A stretch of 64,000 bases of DNA from Antedon mediterranea (Eukaryota > Animalia > Echinodermata): contig NC_092673.1 in assembly GCF_964355755.1 (NCBI RefSeq), positions 7,192,001 to 7,256,000 on the forward strand, written 5' to 3'. This document shows, piece by piece, positions 51,727 to 63,500 of the stretch (its first letter is position 1; each line of letters opens with the position of its first letter). The notes under the pieces are model-generated. The model did not search any database and was not told the DNA's origin. It saw only the letters and a program-made list of their open reading frames with translations. Made by a program: the position numbers and the translations under genes.

Positions 51727-51885
51727 ATGGCGAAGAAGGGAAATACGTTGCCTTTCTGGGGTAATGAAAACACCATGAACCTCAACAGTCTTGTACTGAC
51801 TAATATACAATCGTCTCCCTACTTCAAGAATGGGTTGATCAAGCTGAAAACGTACCATGAGGTTATTGATGAGATTTATTATAAG
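51727..51885 (+). CDS. PRPF38B: Pre-mRNA-splicing factor 38B, coding exon 1
   Basis: MAKKGNTLPFWGNENTMNLNSLVLTNIQSSPYFK...LKTYHEVIDEIYYK, the start of the PRP38 domain. AAG|GTGGGT donor. Confidence 0.95.
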
Positions 51886-52102
51886 GTGGGTAGTGTTCAT
51901 TTACAGTAGGGGTATTTTGTGTATGAAAATCAGCAGTTTTTTTACAAATTACATTATTTTTATATGCCACGTTGTTCTTTGAAGCTGGTACTGACATAAA
52001 ATAAAAGGGTTATGATTAATACTGTACTTCATAGTCACTGAATGAGTATGGTATATTGAATTAAGAATACCATATTAATTAACCGATTTTTGTTTTCTTT
52101 AG

Positions 52103-52171
52103 GTTGATCATCTTGAGCCATGGGAAAGGGGAAGCAGACAAACTGCAGGTCAAGTTGGTATGTGTGGTGGG
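52103..52171 (+). CDS. PRPF38B: PRPF38B coding exon 2
   Basis: VDHLEPWERGSRQTAGQVGMCGG. TTTAG acceptor and GTAAGT donor. Confidence 0.95.
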
Positions 52172-52405
52172 GTAAGTAAAGTAGTAAACAGTAGAGATAC
52201 AGACACTAAAATACCTCCTTGAATACTAACACATTTATATATGAAAAAAATTAACAGTTTATGGTTTTAAATTATTATTCTTCCGAGGAATTGAATTTCA
52301 CCCATTGTTGTTAGGTTGTTAAAGATATATTGTCCCCTGAAAAAAAAATAGAAATCGCCTAGAAAGACTAACATATTCTATTTTTTTTATATACAATTTG
52401 TTTAG

Positions 52406-52557
52406 GTACGAGGTGTTGGTTGTGGTGGTATAGTGTCATCAGCCTACTGTCTTCTATTTAAGCTGTACACACTCAAACTGACACGTAAACAACTAAATGG
52501 ACTGCTTACACACACTGATTCTCCCTTTATCCGTGGCCTAGGTTTCATGTTTATCCG
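52406..52557 (+). CDS. PRPF38B: PRPF38B coding exon 3
   Basis: VRGVGCGGIVSSAYCLLFKLYTLKLTRKQLNGLLTHTDSPFIRGLGFMFIR, ending in phase 2. Confidence 0.95.
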
Positions 52558-52839
52558 GTAAGGTCAGATATTAATCTTTACTTTAACAAATCAAATTTCC
52601 TTTTCTATGTTGTTTTTATCTGTTTGGATAAAAGATATAGAGAGAATTGACATACCATGTAGTTAGGCAGGGCCACTAAGGATGAGCCACCTACTCAACC
52701 TTACTCTATTAAGGAGACACACCTGTAGAACAAACAAATGACAAATAAATGTTTTAACACTACAGTGAACCCTTATTCAGGGTACAACCTTTTTAGTATT
52801 AAGGGAAAATTTGTTGAGGCCCTGAAGGTGTCTCCTTAA

Positions 52840-53018
52840 AGCTTGGTTTCCACTAGAACGTAACGGAAGGACGTAAACGCAACGCAAGCGTTTTAACCAA
52901 TGACAAGCGAAGTTATAGACAGTTAGCAATCACAAGCGAATAAGCCATCGCTTGTGATTGGTCAATTCACTTGCGTTGCGTTACGTCCTTGTGTTGCGTC
53001 GCTAGTGGGAACCACGCT
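52840..53018. mobile_element. MITE family A, intronic inverted copy (179 bp)
   Basis: Reverse complement of 13223-13401 with only a few substitutions. The TSD is imperfect (TAA vs TTT). Confidence 0.9.
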
Positions 53019-53349
53019 TTTAAAGGTACTAATTATATTACTGCCTATAGTATATGATTTATATATGAGTTGATATTCATATTCACTCGTATTTACTTGT
53101 ATTTAACAAATACAATAAGCAGTATAAGTATAATAATTGGGAAAGGATACTGTTGCCCGAGAGCTCTACAATTTCTTTCTGGCTGTTTTAGTTTATCGTT
53201 TTGATTTAGCTTTTTGATTATTTTATTTGTATCTCCATTGAAATACAGCCACTGATGCCCATTGCACAACATTTTCATATTCTCAGCAATTTGCCATTGG
53301 ATTTAAAATAATATGATTTAAATAGTAAAATATGTTTCTTTGTTTTCAG

Positions 53350-53410
53350 GTATACAGCTCCACCTAGCGATTTATTTGACTGGTTCGAACCCTACCTAAA
53401 TGATGAAGAG
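53350..53410 (+). CDS. PRPF38B: PRPF38B coding exon 4
   Basis: YTAPPSDLFDWFEPYLNDEE. TTTCAG acceptor and GAG|GTATGT donor. Confidence 0.94.
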
Positions 53411-54566
53411 GTATGTACCATTGAAATTTAATTTTACTCAAATTTTAAAAGAACAATGGCAGACAATATATAGGTCTGGAACATAATGTTAGAATTTATA
53501 TTCTATTCTTCAGAAATTGATTCTAAAATTAGAAGAAAAAAATATTATTAAACAGACTACTGTAAACCTACCCTTTTAGACCAGGTATTCATACAAATTT
53601 TGAATTTAGCAACAATACAAATATTTTATTAATTTTAATGAGAAAAAAAAATAATATAATAGGTTTGCATCAAATAAAAAAAAACATAAAATGCATAGTT
53701 AGAGTTTCAGTTGATTAAACATCTAGCTTCAATATATACTGTAAATTATAGTTTTTTTAAATACTGACATTTGAATTAACAGTTACAGTAATATAAGAAT
53801 CGCCATATTGAAAGTGAACCACATATAATTGTAATAATAATGTGATAATAGGTGTTTTAATTAATACATATCTAGTTGTGCTAAATTATGCAACTACATC
53901 AAGTCCTGTAGATATCACTCTACCAATTTAGACAATCGTGTTTCTTTTGTAGTCTATTAAAATTCTATTTGCTTTAAAAAATTGATTTAGTAATGTTATT
54001 TAAATAAAGCCCTGTATATGTACTAAATAATTAATATTTAGAATAGAGTTACTTAGCTACTTTTGGCAACACCACCCCCCTCCCCACTTTTCTACATCTG
54101 AGGATACCGTTACGAACAATACAACGTTCAACATTATTGCTGAAATGTGTACGGTGAGTACTGTTCCATCTTGTACCCCTTTTCTCTTAAAATACAAATT
54201 CATGTAAACATTAGATTTTTTTGACGGAGTTATCAATTATAGGATTTTTTTATAATTATACATTTATGTATGGATGTATTTGTTCTTGTATGTATATTGC
54301 CAAATATGGTTATACTATATTAACATTTTCTGGAATACAGTTGAAATGTTAAAACTACAGCATTTGGACACACTGTACAGTACATCGTTTGTGGGTGTCC
54401 GTTACACAGAGCCCATATAATACAGAATCTTTATTGATCCACATGGGAAATTGTTTTGTTGACAAGCTCAAAACATGCCAGGAACCCATTTAACCCCTAT
54501 TTGTATGCAATACAGTGAGAGATCTGCACGTCTACCACTAATTGCTCTTGTCTCGTAAATTTATAG

Positions 54567-54642
54567 GTATGCATTGTTGGAAGCCTCGTTGCCGATTGCC
54601 AGTACGATACACGATGAAACGAAGGCCTCCTCGCTCACTGAG
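54567..54642 (+). other. PRPF38B: Candidate PTC-containing (poison) cassette exon of PRPF38B
   Basis: Branch-point-like CACTAAT (~54536-42), TTTATAG acceptor, in-frame TGA at 54615-17 and a GAG|GTTAAG donor. It is a GC-richer island within an AT-rich intron. Confidence 0.55.
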
Positions 54643-55440
54643 GTTAAGATACAACCAGATAGGCCACTCTCTCACTATCATTACAATACAATATAATTAT
54701 AGAATTTTAATACGTATTATTGATGTGGGTTGCAGTAACATGGGTTAACATATGAGCCTTGATTTATGTGACGTGATGTTTTTTCAGCTGTTTTGCTCAA
54801 TTTTAGATAAAGTACTTCTACCATACACACAACCCCTTTTTTAAGTTGTTATTTTGATCTAAATTTAAAACAGAAAATAAATTATCAAGTGCTTTTAATG
54901 AACAAATTTGAATTAGTTGCCTAATAATATTAGATTTATAATAATTTTTGGAGAAAATTACATCATAGCAATGAGCGATCATGTCAAAATTACTCTACCA
55001 CAATTACTGCAGTAACTGCATTTTGTTTACTACAATGATGTATGACTGTAGTTTGTTTCAACATACAAGTTTATGAAACAGCCACTGTATTATTATACAG
55101 TGTAGTATTAAAAAATAGCAGTGCTAAATAATTACATAAACCAGTTAAATAGGGTCAACAAAATTTAGTTGCTGAAGTAACTGCAAAAGAATAATTTTTA
55201 CATGGTCCCTAACAATTTGATTTTTTCTCAATAACAATTATTGTATAGTTTTACAATATGTGAGTTATGATTTATTGTTCCATGCTTACATAGATAGCAT
55301 GCGAATTAAAGGTTACAACTCTACAGATATAAATTCAATATTTGATTCTATTAGGTAGGAAGATATGCACATTTTGTTAATAGCTTTATTATCAAAGCAT
55401 TGATATCTGTTGGATGAAGAATATTGATTTGATTTTGCAG

Positions 55441-55563
55441 GAGATTGATCCCAAGGCAGGTACAGGGGCACCAATGACAATAGGAGAAATGCTACGTGGC
55501 TTACTCACTAAGCAGGATTGGTTCTCTACTCTGTTTCCACGCATTCCAGTACCTGTGATGAAG
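55441..55563 (+). CDS. PRPF38B: PRPF38B coding exon 5
   Basis: EIDPKAGTGAPMTIGEMLRGLLTKQDWFSTLFPRIPVPVMK. TTTTGCAG acceptor. Confidence 0.95.
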
Positions 55564-55744
55564 GTATGTTTTGTGTAGAGCAATGATGATATGATCAACC
55601 TCTAGCTCTATGACAAATGTTGTAATGTTGACATAAAGCCTGAGCCCTTATTATCGACATGGCATCTCTTTTTATTAGTCTTAAAATATCTCTTTAATAT
55701 CTGTCTTTAATTCAAGTACCAGATTTGCGTAGTCTAATGCAGTA

Positions 55745-56075
55745 TGTGAGATTGCCATAGCCAATTCCAGTACGAGATTTCCATAGCCAATTCCAGTATG
55801 AGATTTCCATAGCCAATTCCAGTTTGTGAGATTTCCATAGCCAATTCCAGTATGAGATTTCTATAGCCAATTCCAGTATGAGATTTCTATAGCCAATTCC
55901 AGTTTGCGAGATTTGCATTGCCTAATCCACTGTGTGTGAGTTGTCTTCCCTAATATAGTGTGAGAAATTTGCATAGCATAATCCAGTATGTAAGATTTCC
56001 ATAGCCAAATCAAGTGTGTGAGATTTCCCTAGCTAAATCCAGTGTGTGAGATTTCCCTAGCCACATTCAGTTTGT
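55745..56075. repeat. Intronic minisatellite, 26-bp unit GAGATTTCCATAGCCAATTCCAGTAT
   Basis: About 12 copies, decaying toward the edges. Confidence 0.92.
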
Positions 56076-56126
56076 AAGTCAGATTAGCTTTTAACCTTAT
56101 AATGCTTTAAACATTATTTTCACCAG

Positions 56127-56233
56127 GAAATTGAGCGTAGAATGCCACCACGAAATATAGCACAATCAATCGAAGAAGACCCAGTGGAGGAAGACATACA
56201 AGAGGAAAAAGAAAGAGACCGGTACCGTTCAAG
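56127..56233 (+). CDS. PRPF38B: PRPF38B coding exon 6
   Basis: EIERRMPPRNIAQSIEEDPVEEDIQEEKERDRYRS. It enters in phase 0 and exits in phase 2, matching both neighbours. Confidence 0.88.
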
Positions 56234-56709
56234 GTATGTTTTTTTTTCAATGGTTTTGAAAACAATTCTATAGTTAAATATTGGTTTACACGATGCAAGT
56301 CCATTGTGCCATGATTGGTAAAATTACCTTACAATACATTGCATCATAGTGAGAACCAAGCCTTAGCATTATCTTGGTTTGAATGTGTAGGCTCTAAATA
56401 CAAAAAGAGCCTAGTTTACATCGTTTCAATAGTATTATTATTTTGTTTCATGGTTTTTCATCCTTTATCTACTGTCCAAAAACAAAAACCTGCTAATGTT
56501 TGGTTTTCAGAGAAGTGCACTTGTATACTAAGTAAATGGTTTATCAGTAATTGTCCAAAGCTTTATTTATTTGATGGTTTTTTTGTGTAAATTGTAAGAA
56601 CCTATATCTGTGGACAGACTCAATAAAATGAAAACGTTTACAATCTACAAAAATAATTATTTTGATTTATTGAACCTTTAAATTAATTGCGGTTATACTT
56701 TCTTTTCAG

Positions 56710-57202
56710 AACTTCACCAGACATCAGAAGACCAAAGAGCCCTGAAAGAACACATAGTCGTAGTCGTGATGTACGAGATAAAAGAAGCCGCAGCAGAGAG
56801 AGACGCCGGAGTAGAAGTCCGGTCAGAAAGCGAAGAAGTCGCAGCCGTGATCACATCCGCAGAAGTAGAAGTCGTGAAAAAAATCACAGAGAAAATGAAA
56901 GGAGAAGAAGTCGCAGCAGGGAACGTCGCAGAAGTCCACATAGGTCGCATAAAGACTCTCGTAGTAAACCAGACTTTTCTGATGCTCTTCAACGTGAGAA
57001 AGCTAGGCAGGAGAAAGAGTCAAAGAAGCGGCACAGAAGTCGAAGTAGGAGTAAAGATCGAAATGAAGAGAGAAGGAAAGACAAAAGCCGTCGAGATCGT
57101 AGTGAAAGCCGCGAAAGAAAGAAGCACAAAAAGAGTAAGAAACACAAAAGAGAGCGCAGCCGAAGCAGAGATTTAAAACGAAGCAGCAGTCAAGACAGGT
57201 GA
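56710..57202 (+). CDS. PRPF38B: PRPF38B last exon, RS/RE-rich tail
   Basis: Arg/Ser-rich ORF in frame with exon 6. Total CDS is 1164 nt (387 aa). AATAAA at 57378 and 57688. Confidence 0.93.
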
Positions 57203-57759
57203 TGCATGCATTTTAAAATGCATAAACTTATTTTTATGACTATGTAACTGAAAGGATGTTCAGGTCAAAGTTCAATAATTCCAGCTCTTTATAGACATAG
57301 AATGTTCTAGAAATAGTACTAATGTTATATATTTTGTGATAAAACAAGACATGAACACTGCACCCTTTTTGCCTATCAATAAACTAATCTGTTATAGCCT
57401 CAATTTCAAATTAGTACATTCTGGAAATATGATAAATATATAACCTGTATGTAAAATTGTTTGGAATATATTGTATTTTTTACGCTTGATATTTCTGTCT
57501 TATTCAAATAATTGTATAACATTTAATACTGTTACTATATTCCAGTGAGTAACGTAACTATTCAAACTAATGTAATGATTCACTCTCTTTAAAGTTGAGA
57601 CTTATGTAAGGTAATCATTTTATTGTGTGTAGTTTTAAAACATTTTTGTCTTCATTTCCATTTTTAAGGGTTAAATGTTTAATGTGAAATAAAGCATATA
57701 TTACTCATGTTATTGAAGATTTCCAACTATGTTAACACTGTTAGATGCATCAATTACTG

Positions 57760-59400
57760 TACTACAGATGTGTGTATATCAATCAAGTGTATACATGTTA
57801 ATATTTGTTTATGCATCAAATGTATACATGTTTGGTTATACATGTTTGATGCATTAAATATACACATGTTATACATGTTTGATGCATCAAATGTAAATGT
57901 ATACATGTTTGATGCATCAGATGTATACATGTTTGATGCATCAGATGTATACATACATGTTTACATGTTTGATGCATCAGATGTATACATGTTATACATG
58001 TTTGATGCATTAAATGTATACATGTTTGATGCATCAGATGTATACATGTTTGATGCATCAGATGTATACATACATGTTTAAATGTTTGATGCATCAGATG
58101 TATACATGTTATACATGTTTGCATTAGATATACACATGTTATACATGTTTGATCCATCAAATGTAAATGTATACATGTTTGATGCATCAGATGTATACAT
58201 GTTTGATGCATCAGATGTATACATGTTATACATGTTTGATGCATCAGATGTATACATGTTTGATACATCAGATGTATACATGTTTGATGCATCAGATGTA
58301 TACATGTTATACATGTTTGATGCATCAGATATACAGTACATGTTATATATGTTTGATGCATCAGATGTATACATACATGTTTACATGTTTGATGCATCAA
58401 ATGTTTACATGTTTGATGCATCAGATGTATACATGTTATACATGTTTGATGAACCAGATGTATACATGTTATACATGTTTGATGCATCAGATGTATACAT
58501 GTTATACATGTTTGATGCATCAGATGTATACATGTTTGATGCATCAGATGTATACATGTTATACATGTTTTATGCATCAGATGTATACATGTTATACATG
58601 TTTGATGCATCAGTTGTTTACATGTTTGATGCATCAAATGTATACATGTTATACATGTTTGATGCATCAGATGTATACATGTTTGATGCATCAGATGTAT
58701 ACATGTTTGATGCATCAGATATACAGTACATGTTATATATGTTTGATGCATCAGATGTATACATACATGTTTACATGTTTGATGCATCAAATGTTTACAT
58801 GTTTGATGCATCAGATGTATACATGTTATACATGTTTGATGAACCAGATGTATACATGTTATACATGTTTGATGCATCAGATGTATACATGTTATACATG
58901 TTTGATGCATCAGATGTATACATGTTTGATGCATCAAATGTATACATGTTATACATGTTTGATGCATCAGATGTATACATGTTTGATGCATCAGATGTAT
59001 ACATGTTATACATGTTTTATGCATCAGATGTATACATGTTATACATGTTTGATGCATCAGTTGTTTACATGTTTGATGCATCAAATGTATACATGTTATA
59101 CATGTTTGATGCATCAGATGTATACATGTTTGATGCATCAGATGTATACATGTTTGATGCATCAGATGTATACATGTTATACATGTTTGATGCATCAAAT
59201 GTATACATGTTATACTGTACTTGTTTGATTTTGACAAATATTATACATACAGATACAACTGTGTACATGTTAAACATATCTGGTGCATGAAGGGCATACA
59301 GTGTTTGATGCAACATGTTGTGAAGTGTATCAAATGTATACATATTAAGCATTGTATGGTGCATCAAATGTATATACATGTTAAAACTTGTTTTATGCAT
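57760..59400. repeat. Palindromic satellite, 24-bp unit GTTTGATGCATCAGATGTATACAT with an optional GTTATACAT and a ~390-bp higher-order repeat
   Basis: Seen directly. The rare variants ATACAGT (58331/58721) and GAACCAG (58451/58841) recur at 390-bp spacing. Confidence 0.96.
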
Positions 59401-59486
59401 TAACTGTGTGAATTTTACTCAATTTCATTTGATGCGCTGTGTACAATGTCTGAATCAAATGTTATCAATTTGTTATTATCACCTTA

Positions 59487-59608
59487 AGCTCTATCTACAC
59501 TCTCAAACTAGTTTGACAAAAAAAATAGTGATGATGACATCATCATGTCCATATATGGGCACATCACATTTCTTTTGTCACATAAAGTTTGATAGTGTAG
59601 CTATAGCT
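59487..59608. mobile_element. Harbinger-like MITE family C
   Basis: TTA|AGCTCTATCTACACTCTCAAAC ... GTTTGATAGTGTAGCTATAGCT|TTA. Confidence 0.8.
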
Positions 59609-60335
59609 TTATACTTAATACGACCATCTTTACAATCCAAGATCATTTTTGAGCAAATGATTTTAGTAGGTGTGCGTAATCTGTATTAATTTGACTTTAA
59701 TTATTACAGTATTCGTATTGTTTTGAAAATGTTTTTATATTAACTTTAAAAAAAAAAGAAATGTGGTCGTCCGACCTACATTATGATTTATTGTTTCTGA
59801 AATAAATATTTTGTATAGTTTTTTTTGTTACATAGTTATTAGCTCATTTACAGATGTTTATGTAAGGAAGGAGATGACATATTTCTAAATTTGTTTTAAA
59901 CGTTTTTTATTATTTTGATTTGATATGAGTTGTTAAGCATACACTTTTATTAGAAGTTGTACATTATTTGATATTACTTACTAAAATAATTCTTTATAAA
60001 ATTAGACACTACATTTTAAAATTTTCGAGGTAGTGCTGGTTTTTTTTATAAAAAGAGTCATCCTATGGTGTTCTTCTGATGTACAGTAAATAAAAAGCAC
60101 CCGTCCGACATAAAGAACTGTATTCAGACAAAACAGTCCAATAGTTGCAATTGGAGAATTGATTTCGCAATAAAAACACTAATAATACATAAAATACAGT
60201 ATGTTAATTGTAGGTTTCAACAGATTTGTTTTCATTTATTTAACGATATGGTACCTCAGTATTATCTCTTCAGTAACTTTTAGAAAGTTAATTAATTTTG
60301 ATCAATTTGCTTTAAAAAAATGGAAAAATATCTAA

Positions 60336-60436
60336 AGCTCTGTCTACACTATCAAACTTATGTGACAAAATATGATGCTCATATCACTACCATATTTGGG
60401 CATATATCACACTAATTTTATAGTGTAGACAGAGCT
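60336..60436. mobile_element. Harbinger-like MITE family C, short copy
   Basis: TAA|AGCTCTGTCTACACTAT ... ATAGTGTAGACAGAGCT|TAG, a perfect 17-bp TIR. Confidence 0.82.
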
Positions 60437-60589
60437 TAGGCGTTTTATGTGTTTTATTAGATTGTTGTATTATTATCTTACAATTACCTATATTAGGCTA
60501 GTCAATCTAGCATTTTGAGTGAAATAAATTGCAAACAGAGATTTTTTTTTTTAAATGGTTACATATGATAAGGTGATTATTTTTTGAGC

Positions 60590-63500
60590 ATCACACCTCT
60601 GACATTCATCCCGAAGGTATGCAAATTAGCTTAAATATGCAAATTAGGGTGAAATTACAGGGTTACCATATCTTAAAAACTACTAATCGTAGAGTGTTCA
60701 TTTTTACACATTCTGGTTCATAATATATATATTTATATTTGCTCTAATGAGACATTTTACATAAAAATGTCCGGAAGTACCAAATTTTGACCCTTGACCC
60801 CATTTCTCAATATTTACATAAATATGTGATTAAAATGTCTGTAGAGACATTATTTTGGACTCAATGACTTGGATATTGTTTTTCAATACCCACCATAGAA
60901 CTGTATTATAATTCCTAAAATCACAACTTCGTCATGCACTTCGAAAGTATGCAAATTAGTAGTACAAGTAATATTAAATATGCAAATTAGGGAGTGAAAT
61001 TACAGCGTTGCCATATCTCGAAAACCGCTAATGCTAGAGTGTTGATTTTTTCACTAAAATATTTAAAATGTATATATTTATATTTGCTGTAATGAGACAT
61101 TTTACAAAAAAAATGCCCGGAACTATGACATTTGACCCTCGACCCCATTTCTCAATATTGCATATATAATGAAAACTAAAATGTCTGTAGAGACTTTGTT
61201 TTGCCCTCAAATGACTCGGATACAGGTTTCTAATAGCCAACATAGGAATGTTTAGTAAATCTCAAAATCACACCTGTATCACTCACCTTCAAAGTATGCA
61301 AATTATTAGTACAAGTTACATGAAATATGCAAATTAGGGGGTGAAATTACAGGTTCCTATATGTATCGAAAACCGCTAAGGTAGAGAGTTAATTTTTTCA
61401 AAAACTTGTTCAGAATGTACATATTTATATTTGCTCTAATGAAACATTTTACGAAAAAATGACCGGAAATACAACAATTGACCCTTGACCCTATTTATCA
61501 ATGTTTGCATACATAATGCGACTAAAATGTCTGTAGATAATTTTTTTGGACTCAAATGACTCGGATACAGTTTTCCTATTGTCAGCATAGGACCGCTTTG
61601 TAATTCCCAAAATCACATCTTTGTCACATACCTTGAAAGTATGCAAATTATTAGTACAAGTTACATGAAATATGCAAATTAGGGGTGAAATTACAGTCTT
61701 CCCATATCTCGAAAACCATTAATGCTAGAGAGTTGATTTGAATTCAGAGTTGATTCAGAATGTACATATTATTTAGATTCGCTGTAATGAAACATTTTAC
61801 GCAAAAATTGTCATGATTGAATTATGACATTTGACCCTTGACCCTATTTCTCAATATTTTCATATAATTCAACTAAAATATCTGTACAGACTGTTTTGGC
61901 CTCAAATGACTCAGATACAGGTTTTCTATAGCCAGCATAGAACTGTTAGTAATTCTCAAAATCACACCTTTGTTACTTCCCTAGAAAATATGCAAATTAG
62001 TAGTACAAGAGGTGAAAGTTGCCATATCTCTATCGGTCATTAGCGTTTTTCGAGATACATAAGGCAAGAGGCTGTAATTTGCATATTTCATATAACTTGT
62101 ACTAATAATTTGCATACTTTCGAGTTGCTTGACTTTTTGGAATTACTAAACGATCCTATACTGGCTATATAAAACCTGTATCCAAGTCATTTGAGGCCAA
62201 AACAAAGTCTGTACATACATTTTAGTTACATTATATGCAAATATTGAGAAATAGGTTCGAGGGTCAAATGTCATACTTTCGATAATTTTTTTTTCAATAA
62301 TGACCCAGATACAGGTTTTCTATAGCCAGCATAGAACTGTTTAGTAATTCTCAAAATCACACCTCTGTTACTTCGCTTGAAAGTATGCAAATCAGTAGTA
62401 CTAGAAAGTTGCCATATCTCTCTCTCTCTCTCGGTCATTAGCGTTTTCGAGATACATAAGGCAATTCACTGTAATTTGCATATTTCATATAGCTTGTACT
62501 ACTAATTTGCATCCTTTCGAGGTGCTTGACTTATACTGGCTATATAAAACCTGTATCCGAGTCATTTGAGGCTAAAACAATGTCTGTACATACATTTTAG
62601 TTGCATTATGCAAATATTGAGAAATAATAATAATAATATTCTGGATTTATATAGCGCCTAATGTTGTGAAACCTCTAAGCGCTGTACATAAACTAATACG
62701 AAAAAAGGGAATTCCAACCATGCCAAAATGAAGGCGTGATTTTGGGAATTACAAAGCGGTCCTATGCTGACTATAGGAAACATGTATCCGAGTTATTTGA
62801 GTCCAAAACAAAGTCTCTACAGACATTTTAGTCGCATTATGTATGCAAACATTGATAAATGGGGTCGAGGGTCAATTGTTGTATTTCCGGTCATTTTTTC
62901 GTAAAATGTTTCATTAGAGTAAATATAAATATGTACATTCTGAACAAGTTATTGAAAAAATCAACTCTCTAGCCTTAGTGGTTTTCGATATATAGGAACC
63001 TTTAATTTCACCCTCTAATTTGCATATTTCATGTAACTTGTACTAATAATTTGCATACTTTGGAGGTGAGTGATACAGGTGTGATTTTGAGATCTACTAA
63101 ACAGTCCTATGTTGGCTATTAGAAACCTGTATTGGAGTCATTTGAGGGCAAAACAAAGTCTCTACAGACATTTTAGTTTCATTTATATATGCAATATTGA
63201 GAAATGGGGTCGAGGGTCAAATGTCATACTTCCGGTCAATTTTTTGTAAAATGTTTCATTGGAGCAAATAGAAATATGTACATTTTGAATACGGCTGTGA
63301 AAAAATCAGCTCTCTAGCATTAGTGGTTTTCGAGATATAGGACAACTGTAATTTTTTCCCCTTATTTGCATATTTTATTTAAATTGTACTACTAATTTGC
63401 ATACTTATGAGGTGTGTGACAAAGGTGTGATTTTGGGAATTACAAAGCGGTCCTATGCTGACTATAGGAAACATGTATCCGAGTTATTTGAGTCCAAAAC

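Noticed and set aside
56714-57176. Alternative-frame and antisense ORFs over the PRPF38B last exon
   Set aside because: They are by-products of low-complexity Arg/Ser codons.
57707-59403. Long ORFs (353-473 aa) as protein-coding genes
   Set aside because: They are entirely satellite-derived, open in several frames on both strands, and have no domain or splice context. They are kept only as a hypothesis in the findings.
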